Source: an uncultured Thermoplasmata archaeon
Lineage (GTDB): Archaea > Thermoplasmatota > DTKX01 > GCA-020343715
NCBI GenBank assembly: GCA_965369625.1
Contig: CBDUQW010000004.1
Coordinates: 5,391 to 69,390 of the forward strand
Reading direction: 5' to 3'
DNA length: 64,000 bases
Part shown: positions 25,197 to 35,238 of the stretch, piece by piece
Layout: every line of letters starts with the position of its first letter
How positions within the stretch are numbered: the stretch's first letter is position 1
Made by a program: the position numbers and the translations under genes
Notes under the pieces: generated by a model
Seen by the model: the letters and a program-made list of their open reading frames with translations, nothing else
Told to the model about the DNA's origin: nothing
The model's database searches: none

Positions 25197-28069
25197 GGTG
25201 TTTACGAAACTGTCTAACACGGATCATCGGTGATGGTCGCCTTCGTATTCAAGCGGAGGGGTGCCGACTCCCCATTCTCCTTCCTCTCCTCGTACTATTA
25301 TCCATCACCATCATCGCACTGGATGGCGCTGGGTCCAACGAGGTGCTGGATAACTTCGAATGGAAGGTCCCCGGCATGAGCCGGATCTCGGGATATGATC
25401 AGAGGTCCGAAGCGGTGCTTACCGACGAGATCACAGGTGAGATATACGTCGTGTACGTGAACCGTGAGATCAGGTCCTCTGGCTGGACAGTGAATTCACT
25501 GACGTGTGCCCATGTGGATGTGGAGACTGGAAAACTCGTCGATCGGTGGGCGTTCGATTACAGGGGGAACACACGAGCTTATGGCTCGCTCAGTGACAGG
25601 GCCTTCCTCGTTCACGACGGTCACTTCTACTTCCTCTATTATTCCGAGGAGGACGAGCTCGTCCATTTGAGGACTGACAACGACACCGTGGACAGGCTGA
25701 CCTTGACCCTGCCAGCCCACGGGCCAGTGCCCCACTATCGGATCATCGGCATTTACAACGACCGGTTGTACTTCATGGTGAGGGAGGAGAAGGACGGGGA
25801 GGCATTGTTCCACCAGTACACCATTTTCCTCGACGACTTCGACTGGAGCAAGGTCACGGTGATGGTGCAATCCTTCGAGATTGCCAGAGTTGAGTACCTG
25901 TTGAAGGACAGGATGCTGTACGTCCTGATGGAGAGGATCGTTAGTCAAGATTGGCCGTACATCTATGACTTCGTGCTCGACGGTATCAACATGACGACAG
26001 GTGCTAGGTTGTCACCGAGGAATCTGGATATCGAGGTGTTAGGCAGGTATGCTGAGATCCGTTTCGACATCGACTCGGAGGGGAACCTGCACATCGTCCT
26101 GGAGAATCAGGATCAGATTCTCTACAAGGTCAGCCCCACCGGTGAGGTCCTTTCGACAGTCGACCTGCAGACCTTGTGGGGAGAAGACAACGAGTCGTAT
26201 CGGATTCTCGACGCGGATGTGCTGGTGAACAGGACCGACCACGTCTACGTGATCGGGCGGTCCTACCCGAACCATTACAGCAGTGGGGTTCTGGCATCAT
26301 TCGTCCTGTCCTCGGACTACAGTAAAGAAATACTCCGCCACATCATCAATGATGGTGACCCCCGGTTCTTCTACTGGGGGAACTTGGCTACTATGAACGG
26401 AACGGGGGCCGTCTATGTAGCATGGCACTCCCTGGTGGACGACCTTACACAGGTCCTCTTCTCCCACCAGATCCCCCTCACACCCGACCTCGAGCCGAAC
26501 GCAACTGGTTTCTGTGTCGCCGAGGAGCCTGGAGCGCCCGAACCGGTCACCCTCTCCATTCCGATCGATAACGTGGGGAGGGCACCGTGTCGTTCCTACT
26601 GGGTCGATATGGCCTACTCCCTGAACGGTTCAGGGCCCTTCGAGCGCCTCATTGACCGTCGCATTGATACACTTCTGAGGTCCGGTACGTCCAACGTATT
26701 CGAGCTCTCGACGGCCATCCCCCAAGGGAGCCATCGGCTAAGGGTCGTCGTGCACGATGTGTCTCCTTACGAGAACAACGTCTTGAACAATGTCTTCGAG
26801 GCCTGGTTCTACGTGGCGAGTAACAATCCACCCACGATCGAGATACTGACACCGCTGGACGGTCAGGTCGTGAAGGACCTCCTGGTGCTATCCGGTATCA
26901 CAGAGGACCTTGAGACCGGTGGGTCGCTCACGACATTCATCACTGGGCCCCCCCCGATAGTTCTATCAATCGAGGCTCGCGGCCTCTGGAACCATACCAT
27001 CGATATCGCCGATGTCGTGAGCGGGGAGTACGTCTTTAGCTTCCGTGCGTACGATGGCACCGACTATTCCGGCTACGTCCTTAGGAGGGTGAGGATCTCC
27101 CGTGACATCGACAGGTTGCGCCTGGATTCCCTGTCCCCTGAAGGAGATGTCGCACTACTCGAGGGTGAGGAGGAGACCCTGTTCTTCAACGCCTCAGACC
27201 CGCTTTCAAGGCCGCTCGACCACCGATGGCGTATCGGGTCCGGTCGGTGGACAGAGGGCGGAAACTACCATCACTTCAGGGGGGAGACCCCCGGCCGGTT
27301 CTCCCTCCAGGTCGAGGTCACCAACGGTATCACCAGCCTCTCCCACATCTGGAACATCACCGTCGTTGAGCTCATCCCACCCCGGATCGATGGCTTCTCA
27401 CCGGATGACCCTTCGGTAATCCTAGGGAAGAGGGAGAGGATTGACCTTATGATAGTGGTGGTCAACCCCCACGGCCTGCCCTACCAGGTGATATGGACCC
27501 TGGACGGTAACGTTCTTGAAGGGAGCGAGGTGCACTCCCGGAGCCTGTCCTTCGAATCGAGCGGGGAGCGCGTGGTCTCGGCCCTCCTCCTCTGCGCAAT
27601 GACCTCCGAATCGGTTTCGTGGGACGTTACAGTGACGAACTCGGTCCCGACATTGGAATCATGGACCCCCCTTGACCTCATCCTGTCCATCGAGGAGGTG
27701 GTGGAGGTGGTGTTCGAGGTCCTCGCAACCGACGGGGACGGGGATCCCCTGGATTACCTTTGGACCGTTGATGGGGAGGGCCTCCCGAGCAACACTTCAG
27801 GTATCGTCGTCATCACCCTGCCATGCAATAACGACGCCCCGTACATTGTGGAGGTCCAAGTGACCGACGGCGAGGCCTGGGAATCGCTCGAATGGACCAT
27901 CCAGCCCGAACCTCCCATCTCCCCCACTGTGAACCCTGAGAGTTCGATCCCCTGGAAGACCGTGGGGCTGTCCATCGCCATCCTCATCGCCGTTGTATGT
28001 TCGATGTTGTTCGCCATCTACCACGTAAGAGGGCGGTCACGTCAAGGTCCCGATAGTGGAGAATCCTGA
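25193..28069 (+). CDS. Large secreted/membrane-anchored surface protein, paralog B (~955 aa), unknown function
   Basis: Collinear with paralog A over the full length (NFEWKVPGMS...HDGHFYFLYY; VLVNRTDHVYVIGRSYPNHY; NNPPTIEILTPLDGQ; LATDGDGDPLDYLW). C-terminal TM LSIAILIAVVCSMLFAIY plus HVRGRSRQG. No in-frame ATG after the paralog-A stop; probable TTG start ~25193 preceding the signal peptide RLPILLPLLVLLSITIIALDGAGS. Start is uncertain. Confidence 0.55.
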   Translation: MRCLRNCLTRIIGDGRLRIQAEGCRLPILLPLLVLLSITIIALDGAGSNEVLDNFEWKVPGMSRISGYDQRSEAVLTDEITGEIYVVYVNREIRSSGWTVNSLTCAHVDVETGKLVDRWAFDYRGNTRAYGSLSDRAFLVHDGHFYFLYYSEEDELVHLRTDNDTVDRLTLTLPAHGPVPHYRIIGIYNDRLYFMVREEKDGEALFHQYTIFLDDFDWSKVTVMVQSFEIARVEYLLKDRMLYVLMERIVSQDWPYIYDFVLDGINMTTGARLSPRNLDIEVLGRYAEIRFDIDSEGNLHIVLENQDQILYKVSPTGEVLSTVDLQTLWGEDNESYRILDADVLVNRTDHVYVIGRSYPNHYSSGVLASFVLSSDYSKEILRHIINDGDPRFFYWGNLATMNGTGAVYVAWHSLVDDLTQVLFSHQIPLTPDLEPNATGFCVAEEPGAPEPVTLSIPIDNVGRAPCRSYWVDMAYSLNGSGPFERLIDRRIDTLLRSGTSNVFELSTAIPQGSHRLRVVVHDVSPYENNVLNNVFEAWFYVASNNPPTIEILTPLDGQVVKDLLVLSGITEDLETGGSLTTFITGPPPIVLSIEARGLWNHTIDIADVVSGEYVFSFRAYDGTDYSGYVLRRVRISRDIDRLRLDSLSPEGDVALLEGEEETLFFNASDPLSRPLDHRWRIGSGRWTEGGNYHHFRGETPGRFSLQVEVTNGITSLSHIWNITVVELIPPRIDGFSPDDPSVILGKRERIDLMIVVVNPHGLPYQVIWTLDGNVLEGSEVHSRSLSFESSGERVVSALLLCAMTSESVSWDVTVTNSVPTLESWTPLDLILSIEEVVEVVFEVLATDGDGDPLDYLWTVDGEGLPSNTSGIVVITLPCNNDAPYIVEVQVTDGEAWESLEWTIQPEPPISPTVNPESSIPWKTVGLSIAILIAVVCSMLFAIYHVRGRSRQGPDSGES

Positions 28070-28154
28070 TCGAGGGACCGTTCCAGCCAATCGGCAGGGA
28101 AAACCTATTTCTCCCACCCGACGGGTACCCGCTCTCCCCGGGGAGGAATTGAAC

Positions 28155-29630
28155 ATGGCCTTCGGAGAGGACCTTCCAGAACTTGACAATGACCTGATCG
28201 TCGCCTCGATGGAACGCGCGTCTGAGCTTGGTGCGAAGTACGCCGACGTCCGCGTCGAGGCGGTGGAGAGGGAGGGAGCCAGCGCCGAGAACGGTATCAT
28301 CAAGACCCTGGCGGTGACCAGCGGGACCAGCCTGGGCGTGAGGGCCCTGGCCGGTGGTGGATGGGGCTTCGCCTCCTTCGACGTCCCCGAGGCCACCATG
28401 CTGGGAGACCGTCTCCGCGATGCGGTGGAGAGGGCCGTCCGCCAGGCCAAGGCCACCGCCCGCTTCGAGGAGGTCCGCCTCGCTCCCGTGGAGCCCGTGG
28501 TCGCCGACCTGCCCCTGGACATCGGCAAGGAGCCGTGGCCCCTGGAGGGCAAGCAGGACGAGATCGTATCCATCACCAAGGAGATGACCGGCATCGAGGG
28601 GGTGGCCCTGGCCACCGGAACGCTGAAGCACTCCCTCCTGGACACCGTCTTCGCCACCACCGAGGGCGCCCGCATCACCCGCAGGTACGTCATCACCGAG
28701 GGGAGCTACTACGTCCACGCCGTGGGTCCCGACGACGCCCAGGGCATTTGGAGGCCCTTCGGCGTGATGGGCGGACTGGACCTCATGGTGGGCGACAACG
28801 ACCCCAGGGACCTGGGCATGAGGATCGCCAACACCGCCGTCGAGCTGGCCACCGTGGCGAAGGTGCCGAAGGACGGCAAGACCGACGTCATCACCACCCC
28901 CGAGTTCGACCAGCTGCTGGTCCACGAGATCGTCGGCCACCCGACGGAGGCCGACCGCATCCTGGGCGGCGAGAGCGCCTGGGCCGGCAGGGCCTGGTGG
29001 TCCAACAAGTCGGGTGACGTGGTGGGCTCCGAGCTGGTCAACGTGGTCTCCGACGCCCGGCCCATCGAGGGTCACAAGGGCGGCTTCGGGACCTTCGAGT
29101 ACGATGACGAGGGCGTGCCCTCCCAGCGGGTCCGACACATCGTCAACGGCCGCCTATCCGAGTTCCTCCACAGCCGACAGAGCGCCGCGGCCATGATGGT
29201 CGAGCCCAACGGCGGCATGAGGGCCATCACCGCCGCCAAGGTGCCCATCGTCCGGATGACCAACACCTACTTCGAGGCGAACCCCGAGGGCCCCTCCACC
29301 CTGGAGGAGTGCATCGAGGACGTCAAGGAGGGCGTCATACTGGGAGAGTCCTCCATCCCCTCCATCGATTCCGTCCGCCTCCGTTGGCAGATCAACGCCT
29401 ACGAGGGCTGGAGGGTCGAGAACGGCGAGATCGTGGGACGGCTCAAGAACCTGGCGTTCCTGGGCAACACCCCCGAGTACTTCCATACCGTGCGGACCGT
29501 GGGCAACGAGAGGACCTGGAAATTGCTTCCCATCCCCAACTGCGGGAAGGGCGACCCCATGCAGATCCAGCGCATCGGGAACGGCGGCCCCGTCCTGGTG
29601 GGCGAGGGCAACATCGTGGGGGTGGCCTAG
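28155..29630 (+). CDS. tldD: TldD-family metalloprotease
   Basis: Start MAFGEDLPELDNDLIVASMERASELGAKYADVRVE at 28155. HEIVGHPTEADRILGGESAWAG is an HExxxH motif. Confidence 0.8.
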   Translation: MAFGEDLPELDNDLIVASMERASELGAKYADVRVEAVEREGASAENGIIKTLAVTSGTSLGVRALAGGGWGFASFDVPEATMLGDRLRDAVERAVRQAKATARFEEVRLAPVEPVVADLPLDIGKEPWPLEGKQDEIVSITKEMTGIEGVALATGTLKHSLLDTVFATTEGARITRRYVITEGSYYVHAVGPDDAQGIWRPFGVMGGLDLMVGDNDPRDLGMRIANTAVELATVAKVPKDGKTDVITTPEFDQLLVHEIVGHPTEADRILGGESAWAGRAWWSNKSGDVVGSELVNVVSDARPIEGHKGGFGTFEYDDEGVPSQRVRHIVNGRLSEFLHSRQSAAAMMVEPNGGMRAITAAKVPIVRMTNTYFEANPEGPSTLEECIEDVKEGVILGESSIPSIDSVRLRWQINAYEGWRVENGEIVGRLKNLAFLGNTPEYFHTVRTVGNERTWKLLPIPNCGKGDPMQIQRIGNGGPVLVGEGNIVGVA

Positions 29631-31109
29631 ATGGCGGGGGACGTGGACCTTGTCGGCATCGGCGAGCGCCTACTCACCAAGGCCCAGTCCATGGACGGCG
29701 TGTCAGAGGCGGAGGCGTACGTCTCCTCCAACGTCCTGACCATGGCACGCATCGAGACCCTCGCGGCCCCCGGGACCGTGGCCCGGCCCTCCATCCAGCA
29801 GCTCAAGCGGCTGACGGACGTGGGCGCGTCGGTGCGCGTCGTCATCAACGGCGCCGTGGGACAGTCCAACACCAACGACCTGTCCTCCGCGGCCCTCGAC
29901 GCCCTGGTGGAACGGGCCGCGCGGTCGGCCAGCATCATGACCCCGGACCCCAACTTCGTCTCCCTCCCCATACCCCTGGACCGGAGGGGGCCCAGCCTGC
30001 TGACGGACCGGGAGATACTCGAGGGCTCCGTGGAGGACAGCCTTGCCGACGAGGCCGAGGCCGCCATCTCGTCCCTGGAGCCCGAGCTGGAGCTGGCGGG
30101 CTCCATCATCGCCGTCGGCTCCAAGGTCGCCGTGGTCAACTCCCACGGCATCGACCTGCGCGACGAGATCGACACCTTCGCCGTGGCCCAGTTCACCGTG
30201 GAGCAGATGGACGGCCCCTCGGCCCTGTCGTCGGGCATGGGCTGGTCCACCGGCAGGCGGCTGGCCGACCTGGACGCCGGGGACGCCGCCCTCCAGGGGG
30301 CCGAGCTGGCCCGCCTCAGGCCCGAGCGCACCTCGGTGCCCGAGGGCGATTACAACGTCATCCTGGGCGAGTACGCGGTCGCCGACGTGCTGGACAACAT
30401 GATGGGCAGCCCGATGGACCTGGGTTCCATCTACATGGGGATGTCATGGATGCCCAACGAGAGGAAGGAGCTGCGCAGCGGTCGTGAGGCGCCGGTGCCC
30501 AAGCTGGGCGAGGAGGTTGCGGTGCCCGAGTTCTCGCTGGTGGAGAACCCCACCCTGGAGAACGGCATCCTGTCCCACACCCACGACGACGAGGGCATAC
30601 CCACCCGGAAGGTGGATATCATCAAGGACGGCATCTACACCGACGTCATCGGGACCTCCTACTGGTCGTACCTCTACGACCGGGAGCCCACGGGGAGCGG
30701 CATCCGCCGGTACACCGACCCCGGCAGGTGCTCGGGCTCGGCGCCCGACGCCTTCGGCACCAACCTGATGGTGCCGCCCGGTGACATGACCCTGGAGGAG
30801 ATGATCGAGGCCTCCGAGGGACCCACCATCTACGTGCCCCGGACCTGGTACACCTACCCCACCAGGTACGGCGCCCCCGGGTTCAGCAGCTCCAACAGGT
30901 CCACCGCCTTCGTGGTGGAGAAGGGCGAGCTGGTCCCGGTGGTCCCCAACGCCTTCAAGCTGACGGGGGACATGACGGAGATCCTCAGCACCATCTACGG
31001 GATGGGCAGGGAGGTCAAGACGGCCACCACCTGGCTGGTGATGAGGGCGCCCATCGTGCCCAAGATGGCCAGCCGCGGCATCCGGGTATCCAAGCCCGCG
31101 GGCGGCTAA
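29631..31109 (+). CDS. tldE: TldE/PmbA-family protein (TldD partner)
   Basis: ATG immediately follows the tldD stop. PmbA/TldD fold-family sequence with no HExxxH. Confidence 0.75.
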   Translation: MAGDVDLVGIGERLLTKAQSMDGVSEAEAYVSSNVLTMARIETLAAPGTVARPSIQQLKRLTDVGASVRVVINGAVGQSNTNDLSSAALDALVERAARSASIMTPDPNFVSLPIPLDRRGPSLLTDREILEGSVEDSLADEAEAAISSLEPELELAGSIIAVGSKVAVVNSHGIDLRDEIDTFAVAQFTVEQMDGPSALSSGMGWSTGRRLADLDAGDAALQGAELARLRPERTSVPEGDYNVILGEYAVADVLDNMMGSPMDLGSIYMGMSWMPNERKELRSGREAPVPKLGEEVAVPEFSLVENPTLENGILSHTHDDEGIPTRKVDIIKDGIYTDVIGTSYWSYLYDREPTGSGIRRYTDPGRCSGSAPDAFGTNLMVPPGDMTLEEMIEASEGPTIYVPRTWYTYPTRYGAPGFSSSNRSTAFVVEKGELVPVVPNAFKLTGDMTEILSTIYGMGREVKTATTWLVMRAPIVPKMASRGIRVSKPAGG

Positions 31110-31160
31110 TCCACCCACCCCCCCGGACGCCTTATCTAGGCCCTCCGCGATGGGGGGACG

Positions 31161-33653
31161 ATGGCCGACCCGGCCCAGTCCCCCTTCGAGCTGGACGAGC
31201 TACTCGAGCTGGTGCACTCGGCATGCCACCAGGTCATCTCCGGGACGGGCAAGGTCAACCGCCCCTACCTGCGCAAGGCCCTCTCGTCACTGGGCCACGC
31301 CCTGGGCTACTCCTCGCGGGAGGAGGAGGGACCCAAGAGCCGGACCGGGAGGGCGGACCTGGTCTGGGAGCGGGACGGTGGGCCCGCCGTCGCCATCGCA
31401 ATCGGCAGGGGCCTCCGTGTGAGCCTGGCCCTGGCGCTCCTGGACACCGGCGCGCCCACGGGCGTCCTCGTGGTCGCCTCGGGCATGGGGGATGCCTGGC
31501 AGCGGGAGGTCGAGGCCTTCAGGCGGGCCGCGATACCGTCCCGCGAGGGTGCACTGCTGCACTCGGGGGTCCACGTGGTGGTCCTGAACATCGCCCTTGA
31601 CGGCGACTACGTGATCGAGGCGGGAGGGGTGCTCCCCATGCGACACTTCGCCGTGGCCGACCTCCTGGAGGACCCTGAATGGGAGGGTCTTGGATGGCTG
31701 CGCGAGAGGACCGAGGTGAGCTCCTCGGTGTCCCTCGGAGGGGGTGGCGAGCGCGACTTCGTGGACAGGAGGGTCTACCCACTGTTCCCTCACAATCGGG
31801 TCAGGAAGGGGCAGCTGAGGTTCCTCGACGACGTCCATTCGGCCGTCGAGCAGGGCGGCCTCCTGGTGGCCCACGCACCCACCGGCATCGGCAAGACGGC
31901 GTCGGTCCTCGTGCCCGCCGTGCAGCATGCCCTGGACGAGGGTCGGCTCGTCATGTTCCTGACGCCCAAGCAATCCCAGCATCGCATAGCCATCGAGACC
32001 CTCAGGAGGATGGACGCCATATCGGAGGAGCGCATACGCGTGGTGGACGTCATCGCCAAGCAGGCCATGTGCCCAAGGGTCCCGCCCTCGACCCACCACG
32101 CGGCCTTCCACGAGTTCTGCCAGAGCCAGGTGAAGATGGGGCGCTGCCGCCTCTACCGGCGCCCGAACACCGCCGTCGTGAAGGGCATCCTGGGCAGGAT
32201 CATGCACGTGGAGGAGCTACGGAAGGTGGCCAAGAGGGCGGGGGTCTGCCCCCACAAGGCGGCCCTGGACGCCGCCGGGGGAGCCCACGTCCTGGTCTGT
32301 GATTACAACTATGCCTTCGTGCCCGAACTGGCCGAGGCGATCTCCTCCCGGGTCGAGCGGGGCTGGGAGGACGTGGTGGTCATCGTCGACGAGGCCCACA
32401 ACCTGCCAGACCGGGCCCGGGAGGCGGCCTCGGGAAGCCTCTCCCAGTTCCTCCTGGAGCGGGCGGGGGACGAGCTGAAGGGCCAGGACGGTCATCTTCG
32501 GAGGGCGATGGTCCAAATGGGGGAGCGGCTGGACGATCTGGCGGGCGACCTCCCCGGAGGCGACGAGGTGGCCGTCGAGCCCCGGACCTGGACCGATGCC
32601 GTGGAGGCGTCCCTGGCGTCGAGCCTCGAGCCGATGGGGTACGAGGACCTGGTGGAGGCCCTCAAGGACGCGGGGCGCGAGCTGTCGTCGGAGGAGGAAC
32701 TGGGCGGGTCTGCCGTGACGGAGGTGGCCACCTTCCTCGACGGGTTCCCCAAGGGCGCCGACGAGGTGCTCAGGACGCTGACGGTGGATGGGGGTGCGCG
32801 CCTCAACTTCCGGCTGCTGGACCCATCGGCGGTGACCAAGGAGCGCTTCGATTCGGTCCACGCGGCCATACTGATGTCGGGCACCCTCTGGCCCGTCGGG
32901 ATGTACGCGGACCTGCTGGGCCTGGACTCGGACCGGACGCGGTTCGGGGAGTACAGGTCCCCCTTCCCTCCAGAGAACCGCCTCGTGCTCGTTACCCCGG
33001 GCCTCACCACCAAGTACACCTCCAGGGGCCCCCAGATGTACGCCCGCATCGCGGGAGGCATCTCCGACGTGCTCAAGGCAACACCGGGCAACGTGGCCGT
33101 GTTCACGCCCTCCTACGCCCTCCTGTCCAGCATCAGGGACGCCCTGGAGGGCGGCGGGAGGGGAGCCCTCGACGGGAAGGAGGTGCTGGCCGAGGAGAGG
33201 GGCATGAGCAAGCGGGACCGGGAAGGGATGATAGACCGCCTCGGCGGCCTCCGGGACGGGATCGGCGGCGTGCTCCTGGGGGTCCAGGGAGGCTCCCTCA
33301 GCGAGGGCGTCGACTACTTCGGGAACATCCTGTCGGCGGTGGTGGTGGTCGGACTGCCCCTGGCGCCCCCCTCGAAGGTGGTGGACGCGCTGATCGCCTA
33401 CTTCGACCGGAAGTTCGGCAAGGGGCGGGGGGACGCGTACGGTTACGTCAACCCGGCCATGAACAGGGTCGTGCAGGCGGCGGGGAGGTTGATACGGACG
33501 GAGGAGGACCGTGGAGTGGTGGTCCTGATGGACGAGAGGTTCTCCAACAAACGGTACCTGAGGACCTTCCCCCCGGACTGGACCCCGAGGAGGGCCGACG
33601 ACCTGGGGTCGGACGTGGCGGCCTTCTTCGCCAGGGACCCGAGGGGGACCTAG
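31161..33653 (+). CDS. XPD/Rad3/DinG-family Fe-S DNA helicase with an extra ~200-aa N-terminal domain of unknown function
   Basis: Walker A LVAHAPTGIGKTASVL. Four-Cys Fe-S insertion (MCPRV...FCQSQ...GRCRLY...GVCPHKA). DEAH box VVIVDEAHNL. Motif VI-like RLIRTEEDRGVVVLMD. N-terminal 1-200 (..RADLVWERDGGPAVAIAIG..) not recognised. Confidence 0.8.
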   Translation: MADPAQSPFELDELLELVHSACHQVISGTGKVNRPYLRKALSSLGHALGYSSREEEGPKSRTGRADLVWERDGGPAVAIAIGRGLRVSLALALLDTGAPTGVLVVASGMGDAWQREVEAFRRAAIPSREGALLHSGVHVVVLNIALDGDYVIEAGGVLPMRHFAVADLLEDPEWEGLGWLRERTEVSSSVSLGGGGERDFVDRRVYPLFPHNRVRKGQLRFLDDVHSAVEQGGLLVAHAPTGIGKTASVLVPAVQHALDEGRLVMFLTPKQSQHRIAIETLRRMDAISEERIRVVDVIAKQAMCPRVPPSTHHAAFHEFCQSQVKMGRCRLYRRPNTAVVKGILGRIMHVEELRKVAKRAGVCPHKAALDAAGGAHVLVCDYNYAFVPELAEAISSRVERGWEDVVVIVDEAHNLPDRAREAASGSLSQFLLERAGDELKGQDGHLRRAMVQMGERLDDLAGDLPGGDEVAVEPRTWTDAVEASLASSLEPMGYEDLVEALKDAGRELSSEEELGGSAVTEVATFLDGFPKGADEVLRTLTVDGGARLNFRLLDPSAVTKERFDSVHAAILMSGTLWPVGMYADLLGLDSDRTRFGEYRSPFPPENRLVLVTPGLTTKYTSRGPQMYARIAGGISDVLKATPGNVAVFTPSYALLSSIRDALEGGGRGALDGKEVLAEERGMSKRDREGMIDRLGGLRDGIGGVLLGVQGGSLSEGVDYFGNILSAVVVVGLPLAPPSKVVDALIAYFDRKFGKGRGDAYGYVNPAMNRVVQAAGRLIRTEEDRGVVVLMDERFSNKRYLRTFPPDWTPRRADDLGSDVAAFFARDPRGT

Positions 33654-34243
33654 GTCTTCCGGTACTCGGCGACGAAGTCCTTGTAGTTGTTGAATATGTC
33701 GTAGCCGTGCTCCGTCTGCTCCACCTCGGGGTGGAACTGGGTGCCGAACCAGGGCTTGGTGTCGTGGGCCGCCGCCTGGACCTCGCAGTGCTCTGAACGG
33801 GCGATGGAGCGGAAGCCCTCGGGGAGCCTGGTCACGTGGTCGTTGTGGGACGTCCACGCGATGAAGTGGTCCGGGACGCCCTTGAGGATGGTGTCCTCCT
33901 CGATTACCTCGATCTCGGTGCGGCCGAACTCAGGCGCCTCCTGGGCCCCCACCTTGCCGTCCAGGTAGAGGGCGAAGAACTGGAGCCCCACACAGATGGC
34001 CAGGAGAGGCATCTCGCCCGAGTCGATGTAATCGCTGCACTTCCCGAGCAGGTCTGGCCGGAACCCCACGCGGGTCGCCCCGCCCGACAGGACCAGCCCG
34101 TCGGCCTCGATCTCCTCGAGGGGGGTGGTGTTGGGGATGATCCTCGTCTCCGCCCCGATGTAGCGGAGGACCCTCCACTCCCGGTGGGTCCACTGCCCGC
34201 CGTTGTCGACCACGTCGATCCTGATCTTGCTCAAGGGCTTCAC
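33650..34243 (-). CDS. guaA: GMP synthase, glutamine amidotransferase subunit A
   Basis: IRIDVVDNGGQWTHREW...LAICVGLQ...GTQFHPEV is a class-I GATase Cys-His-Glu triad. The ORF track extends to 34288; a GTG start ~34243 fits better. Confidence 0.8.
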   Translation of the reverse strand: MKPLSKIRIDVVDNGGQWTHREWRVLRYIGAETRIIPNTTPLEEIEADGLVLSGGATRVGFRPDLLGKCSDYIDSGEMPLLAICVGLQFFALYLDGKVGAQEAPEFGRTEIEVIEEDTILKGVPDHFIAWTSHNDHVTRLPEGFRSIARSEHCEVQAAAHDTKPWFGTQFHPEVEQTEHGYDIFNNYKDFVAEYRKT

Positions 34244-34260
34244 CGCTCGCCGGCCGACCT

Positions 34261-35214
34261 TCACCCCTGCAGCTGGGTCCGCATCCACTCGATGGTGGTC
34301 CCGAGGCCCTGCTGGAGGGGTGTTCCAGCCTTGAAACCCAGAAGGGATTCCGCCTTATCAATCTTCGCAACGCTGTGCCGGATGTCCCCCGGCCTGCCGG
34401 GGCCGTGGCGCACTTTCGAGGGGCTCCCTGAGACCGAGACTATGTCGTTGGCCAGTTCCTCGATGGAGATGCCCCTCCCCGTGCCGATGTTGATGGGCTC
34501 GCCCTTGGCCTCCGGCGACCTCAGGGCGGACAGGACCGCCCGCGCAACGTCGGCGACGTAGACGAAGTCCCGGGTCTGCCCGCCGTCGCCGTTGACCGTC
34601 AGGTCCTCCCCGAGGAGGGCGGCCCTGATGAACACCGAGATCACGCCCGAGTAGGGGCTCCGGGGATGCTGTCGGGGCCCGTAGACGTTGAAGAACCGGA
34701 GGCCGCAGACCGCGAGATCGGTGTGGTGGGCGTAGTATTGGACGAAGTGGTCCACGGCCAGCTTGCCCGCCCCGTAGGGGGAGATGGGCCTGTGGGGGCC
34801 GTCCTCCGCAACGGGGACCGGGGCCTCTCCGTAGACGGCGGCGGAGGATGCCACCACGGCGGACCTGGCTCCCGCCTGGTGCAGGGCCTCCAGCACGTGG
34901 ACGGACCCGAGGACGTTGGCCTCCACCGTCCCGGCGGGGTCCTCGATGGAGGCGGCCACCTCGGTCCGGGCCGCGAGGTGGACGCCCATGGTGACGCCCT
35001 CCATGGCCGCGGGCGGAACGACGGCGGCGTCCGCCTCGACGATCCGGAGACCGGGCGCATCCTCCAGATGGGAGAGGTTGACCATCGAGCCGGTGGACAG
35101 GTCGTCAACGACCACCACCTGGGCACCCTGGTCGAGCAGCGCCTCCGTGACGTGGGAGCCTATGAAGCCGGCGCCTCCGGTAACAAGCACCCGTTCTCCT
35201 GAGAAGGGTCCCAC
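34261..35214 (-). CDS. NAD-dependent epimerase/dehydratase (UDP-sugar 4-epimerase-like)
   Basis: VLVTGGAGFIGSHVTEALLDQGAQVVVVDDLSTG Rossmann fold; YxxxK region present. Confidence 0.8.
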   Translation of the reverse strand: MGPFSGERVLVTGGAGFIGSHVTEALLDQGAQVVVVDDLSTGSMVNLSHLEDAPGLRIVEADAAVVPPAAMEGVTMGVHLAARTEVAASIEDPAGTVEANVLGSVHVLEALHQAGARSAVVASSAAVYGEAPVPVAEDGPHRPISPYGAGKLAVDHFVQYYAHHTDLAVCGLRFFNVYGPRQHPRSPYSGVISVFIRAALLGEDLTVNGDGGQTRDFVYVADVARAVLSALRSPEAKGEPINIGTGRGISIEELANDIVSVSGSPSKVRHGPGRPGDIRHSVAKIDKAESLLGFKAGTPLQQGLGTTIEWMRTQLQG

Positions 35215-35238
35215 CTAGGTCACCCCGCGGGACGGCGC

